Positions 38,389 to 47,496 of a DNA stretch of 64,000 nucleotides are shown piece by piece. The notes below the pieces were generated by a model, which ran no database searches, was not told the origin of the DNA, and worked only from the letters and a program-made list of their open reading frames with translations. Made by a program: the position numbers and the translations under genes. How positions within the stretch are numbered: position 1 is the first letter of the stretch; every line of letters begins with the position of its first letter. The DNA comes from Candidatus Aminicenantes bacterium (lineage in GTDB: Bacteria > Acidobacteriota > Aminicenantia > Aminicenantales > Aminicenantaceae), in the NCBI GenBank assembly GCA_014727835.1, contig WJMT01000129.1, forward strand, positions 2,036 to 66,035, in the 5' to 3' direction.

Positions 38389-40898
38389 AGGTGACTCCTT
38401 TTCAGAAAAGAGGGGAGAAGAAACATAGTGAAAAGCCAGCAGGCAAAAATTCCAAAGCTCACGATTTTTCCGGTGTTGGAAACCAAAGGGGAGGAAGAGA
38501 GCAAAAGGGTGAGAAAGCAAATCATGGTGGAAGCTGTGGTGAGGGTGAGCACCGGAGCGATCTCCCTGAGGATTTCAGAGATATCTTTGTCAGGGCTGCT
38601 TATTTTTCGGTGGATGAGATGCACAGAGTCGTCAATGCCGATTCCAATGACCATTGCCACCACTCCGATCAAGGCAGGAGAGAATCGAATGGACAAGAGA
38701 GTCACCAAAGCAAGAGTCAGAGGGATGGCCCCTATTAAGGGCAGCAGAGAGACCAATAATAATCGAATTTTTTTGAAGTATAACAAAAGGATGATGGAAA
38801 TGATTCCTCCGGCCCACAGGCTGATGGAAACGAAATCCCTTTTGATGATGGTGTTGACCGATTGGTGAACCTGATAAGTCCCTGTGAGCTGCTTTTCAAT
38901 ATAGGGGGGAGATGGAAGATTTTCCAGCTTCTCAGAAACACTGAGCAGAAGATCCTGTTTGGCCAGCTCTTTTTTTGGCCACACATAGGTCTGTAAAAAG
39001 AAATGCTTTCCCTGTTTTTTTATGAAGCGGGAGAAAGAAGGATGATCGGATAATGAAACCAGATTCTCCATTTTGAAAATCTCTTCCAAAAGGTCATAGT
39101 ATTCTTTATGACGGTCCAGGACACGGAATCCGGATCGGTTCATCTGTTTGAAAAAAAAGGAACGATTCTCTTTGATCCGGGAGGAAACATCACAGATCTG
39201 AGCCAGGCGGGCCTGCACCTGATCCTCAGGAACATAGAACATAGAGGGTGAATAAAATCCGGTAATTTTCTCTTCTTGAGCCAGTGCAATGAGGTGCTGA
39301 TCCAAATTTTTTTGATACTGCATTCCTTTGGAAAGCTGGTCTGTCTTGAGAGTGACTTGAGTGCTCAATATAAAGGAAGAACCAAATTTTTGGGAAACAT
39401 GCCGGGCGTTTGTAAGTGACGGGATATTCTGGGGGAGCAGTTTGAATAAAGACATATCGAATCTCAGATTCATCATCACCAGGATTGACAGAATGATGAT
39501 GCTGAAAGCAGCGATACGGCTGAAGTCTGTTTTTTTTAGGGACAGGCGGTACAAGATGCGGGGCAAAGCTCCTAAAGAGGTCAGCTTGACCTGAGCTGAG
39601 GAACGGGGCTTCAGCCACCTCACCACCGCGGGAAACAAGACCAGGGTCACAGTTAAAGACAGGAAAAGACTGATGCTTGTGAGCAGTCCGAACTGTCTGA
39701 GAGCAGGGTAGCGGGAAAAGCTCAACACCAGAAATCCGCAGGCTGTGGTGGTGATTCCTATGAATAAAGGGGGACCGCAGTCAGTCAGAGTGATTTGGAG
39801 AGCCTTATCCAGGGATTTTAGTTTTTTATGATATTGGAAAAAACGGCTGGATAAGTGGAAAGTGATATCCACTCCCAGGCCCAATACAATTGCAGCAAAT
39901 CCAATGGAGATCATTTTCAAAGGATTGAAAAACAGGCTTGCGACCAGAAGAGAGCCATACACAGAGAAAAAGATAGGAAGAAAACACATCAGGGTAACCT
40001 TCAGGTTTCTGAAGACCAGAATGAGCAGGGTGAAAATAAGGATCGATGAGATCACATTGATCACAAAGATTTCTTTATTCAGGATGGAATGGGTTTCTGC
40101 TGTGAGGCCGTATTTTCCTGCAAATTCACAGGTTATGGATTGAGAGCCCGGAAGAGATGATTTGATATGCATGATTTTTTCACTGATCTCTGTGGTGAGT
40201 TCAATGCAGTACTGAGTATCTTCCCCTGAACCGCGTGGCTGGGCAAAGATCAGGCGGGAAGACATGTCTTGTGAGTCAAAGTAAAAACTGTGTGGTGAAA
40301 TTTTGTAATTGGCCATAAAGTTTTTGAGCCAGGATTCAAGCAGCTCCCTGAGATGGAACACATCCACAGCAATCAGTTCTCTCAATCCGGGATGACCGGT
40401 CATCACGACCTGTTTTCGGGTTCGAATGATCTCTGTTTGGATTCCTTGTTCTGTGAATTTATCTGAAAACAAGGATAGATATTTGTCAGGATCTTGAAAA
40501 ATCACTGCCCGACACATTTGTACCAATTGGTCTTGCTCAGCCAAATCAAATAGTCCGGACTGCACATAACGGATCTCCTTCATGCCCGCAAGCTCTTGGA
40601 CCAATGCTTGAGTGAACTGATCTCTCACCTGCTCATCGGTCTGAGAATGCTTCTGCAGGAGGACCAGGGGAGTGCTCTCTCCGAATCTTTTGTAATTGTC
40701 TATAAAAAGCTTGAATTCTTTTCCGCGCAGACCTTTTGCGTCTAAAAGCATGGGTTCGATTTTTAAATTTTTCAAAAGCAGCGGCCCTGAGATCAGTACC
40801 AAGACGGAGACAAGAAGAATGATCCTGTGTTTTCTGTAAGAAAAGAGGGCCAGGGCAGAGAAGAAGCCAGTTATTTTTTTATAAAATTTAGGTTTCAT
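38385..40898 (-). CDS. MMPL/RND-superfamily lipid exporter
   Basis: Two TM repeats with GLGVD and GIGIDD motifs and large periplasmic loops. Confidence 0.88.
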   Translation of the reverse strand: MKPKFYKKITGFFSALALFSYRKHRIILLVSVLVLISGPLLLKNLKIEPMLLDAKGLRGKEFKLFIDNYKRFGESTPLVLLQKHSQTDEQVRDQFTQALVQELAGMKEIRYVQSGLFDLAEQDQLVQMCRAVIFQDPDKYLSLFSDKFTEQGIQTEIIRTRKQVVMTGHPGLRELIAVDVFHLRELLESWLKNFMANYKISPHSFYFDSQDMSSRLIFAQPRGSGEDTQYCIELTTEISEKIMHIKSSLPGSQSITCEFAGKYGLTAETHSILNKEIFVINVISSILIFTLLILVFRNLKVTLMCFLPIFFSVYGSLLVASLFFNPLKMISIGFAAIVLGLGVDITFHLSSRFFQYHKKLKSLDKALQITLTDCGPPLFIGITTTACGFLVLSFSRYPALRQFGLLTSISLFLSLTVTLVLFPAVVRWLKPRSSAQVKLTSLGALPRILYRLSLKKTDFSRIAAFSIIILSILVMMNLRFDMSLFKLLPQNIPSLTNARHVSQKFGSSFILSTQVTLKTDQLSKGMQYQKNLDQHLIALAQEEKITGFYSPSMFYVPEDQVQARLAQICDVSSRIKENRSFFFKQMNRSGFRVLDRHKEYYDLLEEIFKMENLVSLSDHPSFSRFIKKQGKHFFLQTYVWPKKELAKQDLLLSVSEKLENLPSPPYIEKQLTGTYQVHQSVNTIIKRDFVSISLWAGGIISIILLLYFKKIRLLLVSLLPLIGAIPLTLALVTLLSIRFSPALIGVVAMVIGIGIDDSVHLIHRKISSPDKDISEILREIAPVLTLTTASTMICFLTLLLSSSPLVSNTGKIVSFGIFACWLFTMFLLPSFLKRSHL

Positions 40899-43077
40899 AA
40901 TTGAAATTGAGCAGACCTGTGATCATCAGTTTGATTTGAATTTTTGCCTCGGTCATAGGGATGACTCGGGAGAGTTTTTTCCATTCTTTGTCAATCATGT
41001 CTGCCGCTTCTTTTTTGCATAGGGCGAGAACTCCGGAGTTGTAAATCAAGTCTGTAGCAGCAGCCAGTTGTTCCGGTTCCTTTCTCCTTTTTTTTGAACA
41101 CAAAATCGACAACAGGATCTCTGACTCTTTGTTCTCTAAACACTGGATGGCTCTGTGAATGACATAGGTCAGTTTTCCAGAAGAAATGTCTTCTCCGGGT
41201 TTTTTGGTCCATTCCGGAGATTTACTGAAGTTGTGTATGTCATCGATAATCTGGAAAGCAGTGCCAAACGCAGCGGCCATGGCTCTGTATCTCTGTCTGA
41301 CCTGATCGCTGGATTTGGCAATCACACAGGCTGCCTCACTGCCTCCCACTACAGCAGCTCCTGTTTTTTGTGCATACATCTGTAAGATCTTATCTTCCAG
41401 AGAGTCCTCACTCCAAGTTTTATAATGGTCTTTGGTTAAGTATTTAGACCAGTAAATGTCCATGGCCTGGCCAAAATGGGCTTGGATCATGGTTTGGTTT
41501 GTGATCTCAAGCAATTTTCTTTTCTGGTCTTCATTGAGAAGTGAATTGTTCTGGATCAAAAGCGTTGGCAGAAAATACAATATGCATCCGGCATTGATGG
41601 CAACATCTTTCCCGTACTTCAGATGCAGGCATTTTTCACCTCTTCGGATAAGGGATTTGTCTTCAATATCATCGATAATCAGGGCTCCGGTGTGGTTGAG
41701 TTCCAATGTGCTGCAGATCAATGTTTCATAAGGTTTGGGGTCCACACCCAGAGATTCCAAGGCCAGAAGCCCGAATACAGGCCTCCATCTTTTTCCTTTC
41801 CTGGAAATCAGGTCCCAAACAGGTTCGGAAAGCACAGACGTCAAAGCCTCAGGGTCGTGTTTCCATAGTGGTTTTCCCGCGAACTGTTCCATATGCGAGC
41901 TTTTGATTTTTTTCGGCAGAAATGATTCGATGACCCGGTCAATTTTTTGGGAGAAGGCTTGGAGATGCTTTTTGTAATCAAACAGATAGCCATAACCGTG
42001 CAATTCCAAACGGGCTCTTCCGGAAATGTCCTGACCGTCAATGGATCCTCTCACTTCTCCAGCACCTTCCCAGATGGCACGGATAACTCCAAAAAAAGGG
42101 ATTTCCTGGTCCTGATGAAAGGGAGTAAAATGGAGCTGGGCTTTGAGTTCTGGAATGGTGATCTTCCATTGGATCGGATAGATGATGTGTGAGTGGGGGC
42201 TTTCCCAAAAGCCGGTGGGCTCCATGATGATATCATTGAGGGCTCGTGAAGGAGAACCAATGGGACGGTACAATCCTCCCTGTTTGATGAGCTTATTTGA
42301 TTCCATATCCCTGTGTGCAGTGACCACCATGTCAGAACCATCATTCAAGTTGATCCCGATCCAGTCCCATCCCAGATACCTTTTTTCGTCAAGTTTTTCA
42401 ATGAACCAGTTGTTGAAATCACCCCATTGATGGTCCATCCATGCGTTACCTTTCACCGTCAGAGAATTGATTTTCCCTGATAAATTCATTCGGGGATACG
42501 TGTTGTAGCAAGTCGTTTCCAGGTTGGGCAGGTCACGATCATGAAGATGTATGACTTTTTGCTGAGGGATTAATTTCAATTGGATGAATTTTTGACTTGA
42601 AGGAGCCTTGAATGACAAGTGGAAAGCCTGGCTCTTTTGCACCAAAGAAAAATCACCCCAGCGAATTGTGAGCGGTTTGCCTTTTAGGTCAACAGGATCT
42701 GAGATAACTTTTATGGGAGAGGGAGGTCCGTAAGTTTTGATTTCCTTCATATAAGCTTGAAAGAGAACAGGATCCAGATTTCCTGATTCCTCTTGAAGGA
42801 GAAGAAAGGTCTCATTCAAATTTTTAAGAACATCTCGGTGAATCTGGCTGATAGAGTGAGAAACATTTTTTTTCAGGTCCAGATTAGAACAAATGAGATA
42901 AAACACCTGTTTGTCTTTTTCAGGAGGATCTTTTTTGATTTTTTGGCGGAACAAAGAGAGCATAAAATAGTTCTTATCAATCTGGGATCCTTCAAAAAAT
43001 CCTTGAAAAAACCACCATTCCAGAGGAGTCTCAAAATGAGGGGACTCGTCAGCTAGCTTCACATTTTTTTCTTTCAA
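40888..43077 (-). CDS. Fusion of AttH/CrtC lipocalin-like domain and polyprenyl diphosphate synthase
   Basis: N-terminal EWWF, WMDHQWG, GWDW, YPIQW, DQE, WEG, ELHGY; C-terminal GKRWRP, IIDDIED.S..RRG, GQAMDIYW, KTG, FQIIDD, ED...GK. Confidence 0.85.
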   Translation of the reverse strand: MKEKNVKLADESPHFETPLEWWFFQGFFEGSQIDKNYFMLSLFRQKIKKDPPEKDKQVFYLICSNLDLKKNVSHSISQIHRDVLKNLNETFLLLQEESGNLDPVLFQAYMKEIKTYGPPSPIKVISDPVDLKGKPLTIRWGDFSLVQKSQAFHLSFKAPSSQKFIQLKLIPQQKVIHLHDRDLPNLETTCYNTYPRMNLSGKINSLTVKGNAWMDHQWGDFNNWFIEKLDEKRYLGWDWIGINLNDGSDMVVTAHRDMESNKLIKQGGLYRPIGSPSRALNDIIMEPTGFWESPHSHIIYPIQWKITIPELKAQLHFTPFHQDQEIPFFGVIRAIWEGAGEVRGSIDGQDISGRARLELHGYGYLFDYKKHLQAFSQKIDRVIESFLPKKIKSSHMEQFAGKPLWKHDPEALTSVLSEPVWDLISRKGKRWRPVFGLLALESLGVDPKPYETLICSTLELNHTGALIIDDIEDKSLIRRGEKCLHLKYGKDVAINAGCILYFLPTLLIQNNSLLNEDQKRKLLEITNQTMIQAHFGQAMDIYWSKYLTKDHYKTWSEDSLEDKILQMYAQKTGAAVVGGSEAACVIAKSSDQVRQRYRAMAAAFGTAFQIIDDIHNFSKSPEWTKKPGEDISSGKLTYVIHRAIQCLENKESEILLSILCSKKRRKEPEQLAAATDLIYNSGVLALCKKEAADMIDKEWKKLSRVIPMTEAKIQIKLMITGLLNFNYET

Positions 43078-43244
43078 TGATATTTGGCATTAATATACCA
43101 GCAGGGGAATATATTGCAACTTTTGTTTATCACACAAAGAAAAAAAATATTTTTTTTGAGCTCTTTTTATGGAAGAGAAGGAATCCCCAGGGGAATGATC
43201 TAACAAATCCCGCCACTTGTTTGCGAATGGTCCGGGGCCGTGAT

Positions 43245-44168
43245 TTATTCCAAAATATTCAAAGCAGAAGGAAGAATAGAGGCTTGAAAATCTCTAATCC
43301 CAGGAATGATTTGGCCGTCGTATTGAATATTGATCGGCTCTTGAGAAGAGACTGAAAAACTTTTATTTTGGAGATACCGAATTTCTTTTTTGTGCTTGTG
43401 TTTTTGCCTCCATACAGAGTAAGCAAACCGGGCTGTGTGCATGAAAGAAGTGGTGTGAATGATGCTGCAGTCCAGTTTTCCGTCAAAGGGAGAGGCCCAA
43501 GGACACACCCTCAGTCCTCCGGCATAACAAGGAACATTGGAAAAGACCACAATGGAAGATTCAATATTGTGTGTGGAGTCATCTGAGGACAATTGAATTT
43601 TCATGGGAATGTTTTGATGCTGGAAGGAATGGCGGGCTCCTAAAAAACCAGCCCAGACCTGGATGAGTTTTCCGTATTTAGCCCGCAGGGGATGTTGCTT
43701 CCAGTAATGAGCCACAAATTGATTGATGGTGGCCCCCAGGCCTAGACTGAGAGAACCCACGAAATAAATTTTTTCTGACCTTCCTTTTATTTCCAGTAAA
43801 CCAAGGTCCATCTGCCGGGTTTTGCTCTCCAGCAAAGATTGGATTGTAGAATCAACGGAATGGATTCCAAGAGACATGGCAATGTCATTGGCAGAACCCG
43901 TGGGCATGAGATACAGAGTGGGTTGATAGGGGCTTTTGTGAATCTCAGAAGCAGCGATCTGAAAGGAGGTATCCCCACCCACGACCAGAATGACTTGGAA
44001 TGACCTGGCTTTTTCTTGAGCCAGCTGTCTGAAGTGGTTTTCTGATCGGGAACAGAACCATTGGAAAGGTATGGAGTTCTGCTTTAACAGGGCTTTGATG
44101 CGGTCTTCTTTTTTTAAGGACAGCCCCCGCCCAGAGGACGGATTGAACAGAATGGCCATTTTGTCCAT
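43245..44168 (-). CDS. Diacylglycerol/lipid kinase family (DAGK_cat, YegS/DgkB-like) with variant motifs
   Basis: NPSSG, GGDTS, PTGSAND, YAGG, DGKLD, YDGQ. Confidence 0.82.
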   Translation of the reverse strand: MDKMAILFNPSSGRGLSLKKEDRIKALLKQNSIPFQWFCSRSENHFRQLAQEKARSFQVILVVGGDTSFQIAASEIHKSPYQPTLYLMPTGSANDIAMSLGIHSVDSTIQSLLESKTRQMDLGLLEIKGRSEKIYFVGSLSLGLGATINQFVAHYWKQHPLRAKYGKLIQVWAGFLGARHSFQHQNIPMKIQLSSDDSTHNIESSIVVFSNVPCYAGGLRVCPWASPFDGKLDCSIIHTTSFMHTARFAYSVWRQKHKHKKEIRYLQNKSFSVSSQEPINIQYDGQIIPGIRDFQASILPSALNILE

Positions 44169-44242
44169 GTTGGTTTTTGATTATATCACAGCAGCGGCTT
44201 TCATAAAATGCGGCCGGAAATTTTTGATGTGTGGTTTCAACA

Positions 44243-44271
44243 TTGACACATCCCTATAAATATTATAGAAT
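44243..44271 (+). promoter_or_regulatory. Sigma70 promoter of the micro-ORF
   Basis: TTGACA-17 bp-TAGAAT. Confidence 0.7.
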
Positions 44272-44298
44272 AAGTAAAAAACTGACAGAGGAGGAAAA

Positions 44299-44352
44299 AT
44301 GAAGAGATTCGTCCTACCAAGAGTGGCGCATTGTTCCGAGGGTTGTTTATAG
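44299..44352 (+). CDS. Unannotated 17-aa peptide MKRFVLPRVAHCSEGCL
   Basis: GAGGAGG RBS just upstream of ATG, promoter upstream, terminator downstream; below the ORF-track cutoff. Confidence 0.55.
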   Translation: MKRFVLPRVAHCSEGCL

Positions 44353-44398
44353 GAATCCTGAGCAGGATGTAAAACTGCTTATTCAAATCGATACTTAA

Positions 44399-44444
44399 AA
44401 AAAAGCCCTGCATCCCTTAAACCAAAAAGGGACAGGGCTTTTTT
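44399..44444. terminator. Bidirectional intrinsic terminator
   Basis: A-run-AGCCCTG..TCCCT..AGGGA-CAGGGCT-T-run between convergent genes. Confidence 0.75.
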
Positions 44445-44766
44445 AATCGATGTAGCCTAAATCTTTCAGTTTTTTTACGATGACCTCTCTGTCTTGAGGT
44501 TCCAGTTTCCGGTTGACTGGAATATCAGAGAGAGGATGGTCTTTCTTTCCGAATTTGATCTTATTCCATATTCTTTCATGCAGGTAATAAAACAGAATTT
44601 TAGCAATGACCTCCACCAATCCCACTCCTATGGACAGAAAAATTTCTTTGGTGAAGAGATAGACAATGGTCATAGTAGTGAGGGTGGCCACTACCCGCCA
44701 GCTGATGGATTTGAATACTGTTCGAGTGTGGTCTATGATGTCGATTCTGCGGTTGGGTTTGTTCAT
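44443..44766 (-). CDS. DUF2061-type small membrane protein
   Basis: R...KSISWR...T..T, K...YYLHERIW....G motif. Confidence 0.8.
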   Translation of the reverse strand: MNKPNRRIDIIDHTRTVFKSISWRVVATLTTMTIVYLFTKEIFLSIGVGLVEVIAKILFYYLHERIWNKIKFGKKDHPLSDIPVNRKLEPQDREVIVKKLKDLGYID

Positions 44767-44822
44767 ATTTCACTCCTGCATCAATTATACAGGGAAAAAT
44801 CCAAATTGCAATAAAATTCAGG

Positions 44823-44851
44823 GAAGGCACAATCTTCAATGTCGCTTCAGC
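44823..44851 (+). repeat. Repeat module A
   Basis: GAAGGCACAATCTTCAATGTCGCTTCAGC; copies at 5238 (reverse) and 22757. Confidence 0.8.
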
Positions 44852-44855
44852 CACC

Positions 44856-45106
44856 CCTGGATTTTACGAGGCTTGGAGGGTGGCTTGTGCGAGATACAGG
44901 CATGAAGGTGCAGTCCTTCACTGCGAATGCCCTGTAACGAAACATATGCAGTGAGATGGGCTGGTTTGAAAAGTAAAAAAATGGAAAATAAGATTGAAAA
45001 TATAAACAAGAAAAATGTTCAAATTATTGCTTTTGAAAAAAACTTGCAAATCGCTAAAAAGAAAATGATAATGAAAACATCGCCGTTTTTTTATGAATAG
45101 TCCAGG
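44856..45106 (+). mobile_element. Modular MITE-like element (about 251 bp)
   Basis: Collinear and similar with 53162-53413 (GGCATGAAGGTG..TCCTTCACTGCGAATG..GCAGTGAGATGGGCT..AAAAGAAAATGATAAT..CATCGCC..TATGAATAG); ends CCTGG..CCAGG. Confidence 0.8.
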
Positions 45107-45165
45107 TCAGTATTTAAATTATGTTTTGAAAAATGGTAGAATATCTTTGATTTTGAGGGATTATC

Positions 45166-45259
<94 letters not shown>

Positions 45260-45314
45260 TTTTTTTATTCACCCATCATAGACCAATGAGGGGCAAGGAA
45301 AAGGCTTTTTTTCA

Positions 45315-46451
45315 ATGAAGATTCGAACGATCACTACTGGATTCAACCTTGAAATGCCTCTATCTGAAAAACAAATCAAACAAATCACGGATTTCACCAA
45401 ACGGGTTCAATCCGAGTACACGAAACAGGGTTATGAAGTTCAGACACTCAGGATTGTTACTCAACCCTGGGAGGAATATGTCTCTTCCCCTTCTCAGATC
45501 AAAAAATGGGTCCAGGATTTTGAACAGCTTTCTCAGTCTCACGGAATCCATTATTTCAACATCGGAACCACCTGCAATGCAGAGAACATTCCTCTCATTT
45601 ATGACCTCATACAGCTGACTTCAACAGGATTCTGCACGGTCATGGTCGCAGACCAGCAAAGGACTGATTATGTCGCCGCCCGAAAAACAGCCGAATTGAT
45701 CAAAAAATTGGCTTCTGTTGATAAAGACGGGTTTACTAACTTGAGGTTTGCTGCTGTTTTCAATACAGAGGCCGGAAGTCCTTTTTTTCCTGCAGCGTTT
45801 CATCAGGGTCCGGTTTCATTTGGTATCGGAACTGAAAACAGTGACCTAGTGAGACAGGCTTTTTCAAAGGCGGAAAACATACAGGATGCCCAGCAATGGC
45901 TGGTCAGAATACTGGAGACGGAATTCAAGAAAATAGAAAACATCGCCCGGGATATCAGTGACAAAGAGGGTATTTCCTACAACGGCATTGATGTCTCCAT
46001 TGCCCCTTCTGTGGATGAGAAGCAAAGCATTGCCTATGCTTTTGAAAAATTGGGTTTGGGACGATTCGGAGAAGTGGGGACCCTGGCTGTGGCCAAATGT
46101 GTGACAGACTCTCTGAGCTGTCTGGACATAAAAAAATGCGGTTATTCAGGGCTTATGCTGCCTGTTTTAGAGGATTTTGGCCTGGCTGTGAGAAATAAAG
46201 AAAAAAAATTCAACATCACTGATATTTTGCTTTATTCTGCTGTTTGCGGGACTGGTCTGGATACCATTCCTCTTCCGGGAGACGTATCAACAGATAAATT
46301 ATTTGCTCTGCTTCTGGACATTGCATCTCTTTCCAACAAACTGGACAAACCTTTGTCAGCTCGATTGATGCCTGTTCCTCATAAGAAATCAGGTGAGATG
46401 ACTTCCTTTTCATTTGATTATTTTGCCAACACCGATATAATGGAAATTTAA
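45315..46451 (+). CDS. DUF711 family protein
   Basis: MKIRTIT; PFFPAA; GID.S.AP; GYSGLMLPVLED; YSAVCGTGLDTIPLPGD; KPLSARLMP. Confidence 0.85.
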   Translation: MKIRTITTGFNLEMPLSEKQIKQITDFTKRVQSEYTKQGYEVQTLRIVTQPWEEYVSSPSQIKKWVQDFEQLSQSHGIHYFNIGTTCNAENIPLIYDLIQLTSTGFCTVMVADQQRTDYVAARKTAELIKKLASVDKDGFTNLRFAAVFNTEAGSPFFPAAFHQGPVSFGIGTENSDLVRQAFSKAENIQDAQQWLVRILETEFKKIENIARDISDKEGISYNGIDVSIAPSVDEKQSIAYAFEKLGLGRFGEVGTLAVAKCVTDSLSCLDIKKCGYSGLMLPVLEDFGLAVRNKEKKFNITDILLYSAVCGTGLDTIPLPGDVSTDKLFALLLDIASLSNKLDKPLSARLMPVPHKKSGEMTSFSFDYFANTDIMEI

Positions 46452-46464
46452 AAGGGGAGTTTGA

Positions 46465-47493
46465 ATGATCAGAGAAAACGAATATAAAATCTTGGATGAG
46501 TACCTGGAGCTTTCCCTGTTTGCTGACGTTGAACTGGGATTGGCTGCTGCCCAAAAAATAGATGAAGCGATGGAACATGTGATGGAGAAAATCGGGGAAA
46601 TGCTCTCACCGCTCAGCTGGTCGCTCATTTTGTATGATTCGCAGAGAGATGTGCTCTTTTTCAAGAAAACAAAAGGAAAAAGTGCAAACAGATTAGAAGG
46701 AAAAGATATCCCAAAACGCAAAGGTCTGGCTAGCTGGATTTTTAAAAATGCAAAGCCCCTTTTGGTTATAGATGTCTCCAAAGAATCCAAATTTCATCCT
46801 TATATCAATAAATTGACCGGATTTAAGGCCCGCTCTGTATTAGGGATTCCCCTCAAAGTGAAGGAGAATGTGATAGGAATCATTGAACTGATTGACAAAA
46901 CCACCAAGGAGAGATTCGGAGAGAGTGATTTGAAGATCCTGCAGACGATCACTGACTATGCTGTTCTGGCCGTGGAAAAAATATATTATTTGGGGGCAAT
47001 AGAGAACATGTCAAGAATCGAGCCTTTGACCGGTCTGCTCAACCCCAGACATTTTGTCAAAGTGGCGGAAAGAGAAAGTGAAAGATGCAAGCGCTATGGA
47101 CGGCCTTTGACTCTGATGACCCTAAGCATTGAAAATTTGGAAGAAATTCATAGGAAAAACGGATCTGAGTTCAGAGATACGATGCTCAAGAATCTGGCAG
47201 ATATTCTCAAAAACAATATAAGAAAAATCGACACTCCGTGCAGATATAAGGAGAATGAATTTTTCGTCCTGATGCCAAACACAAAAAAGCATGAAGCGGA
47301 AAATGTGAGACAGAGGATCATCAAGCTCTCTAAGAAAAAATCAGACAAGAAAAAGAAAAAACAGGTCCCTTATGACTTAGACATCGAACTAAAGTCCGTG
47401 GATTCGAAAAATGTCTCAGAGCTCCAAGAGATGATTTCCAAAGAATTCAACCTTGGGGATAAAAAAAAGAAAAAACCTTTGAAAAAAAGCTGA
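46465..47493 (+). CDS. GAF + degenerate GGDEF protein
   Basis: GAF (G.GLASW..PL, TGF..RS.L..PL); PLTGLLN; RKID I-site followed by RYKENEF instead of GGDEF. Confidence 0.82.
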   Translation: MIRENEYKILDEYLELSLFADVELGLAAAQKIDEAMEHVMEKIGEMLSPLSWSLILYDSQRDVLFFKKTKGKSANRLEGKDIPKRKGLASWIFKNAKPLLVIDVSKESKFHPYINKLTGFKARSVLGIPLKVKENVIGIIELIDKTTKERFGESDLKILQTITDYAVLAVEKIYYLGAIENMSRIEPLTGLLNPRHFVKVAERESERCKRYGRPLTLMTLSIENLEEIHRKNGSEFRDTMLKNLADILKNNIRKIDTPCRYKENEFFVLMPNTKKHEAENVRQRIIKLSKKKSDKKKKKQVPYDLDIELKSVDSKNVSELQEMISKEFNLGDKKKKKPLKKS

Positions 47494-47496
47494 AAC

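Noticed and set aside
44350-44361. Pyrrolysine or selenocysteine read-through of the micro-ORF stop
   Set aside because: TAG is followed two codons later by TGA, and no extended frame or supporting machinery is visible
37739-45165. tRNA-integrated genomic island between the two tRNA-Ser genes
   Set aside because: No integrase and no duplicated tRNA 3' end (att site) found
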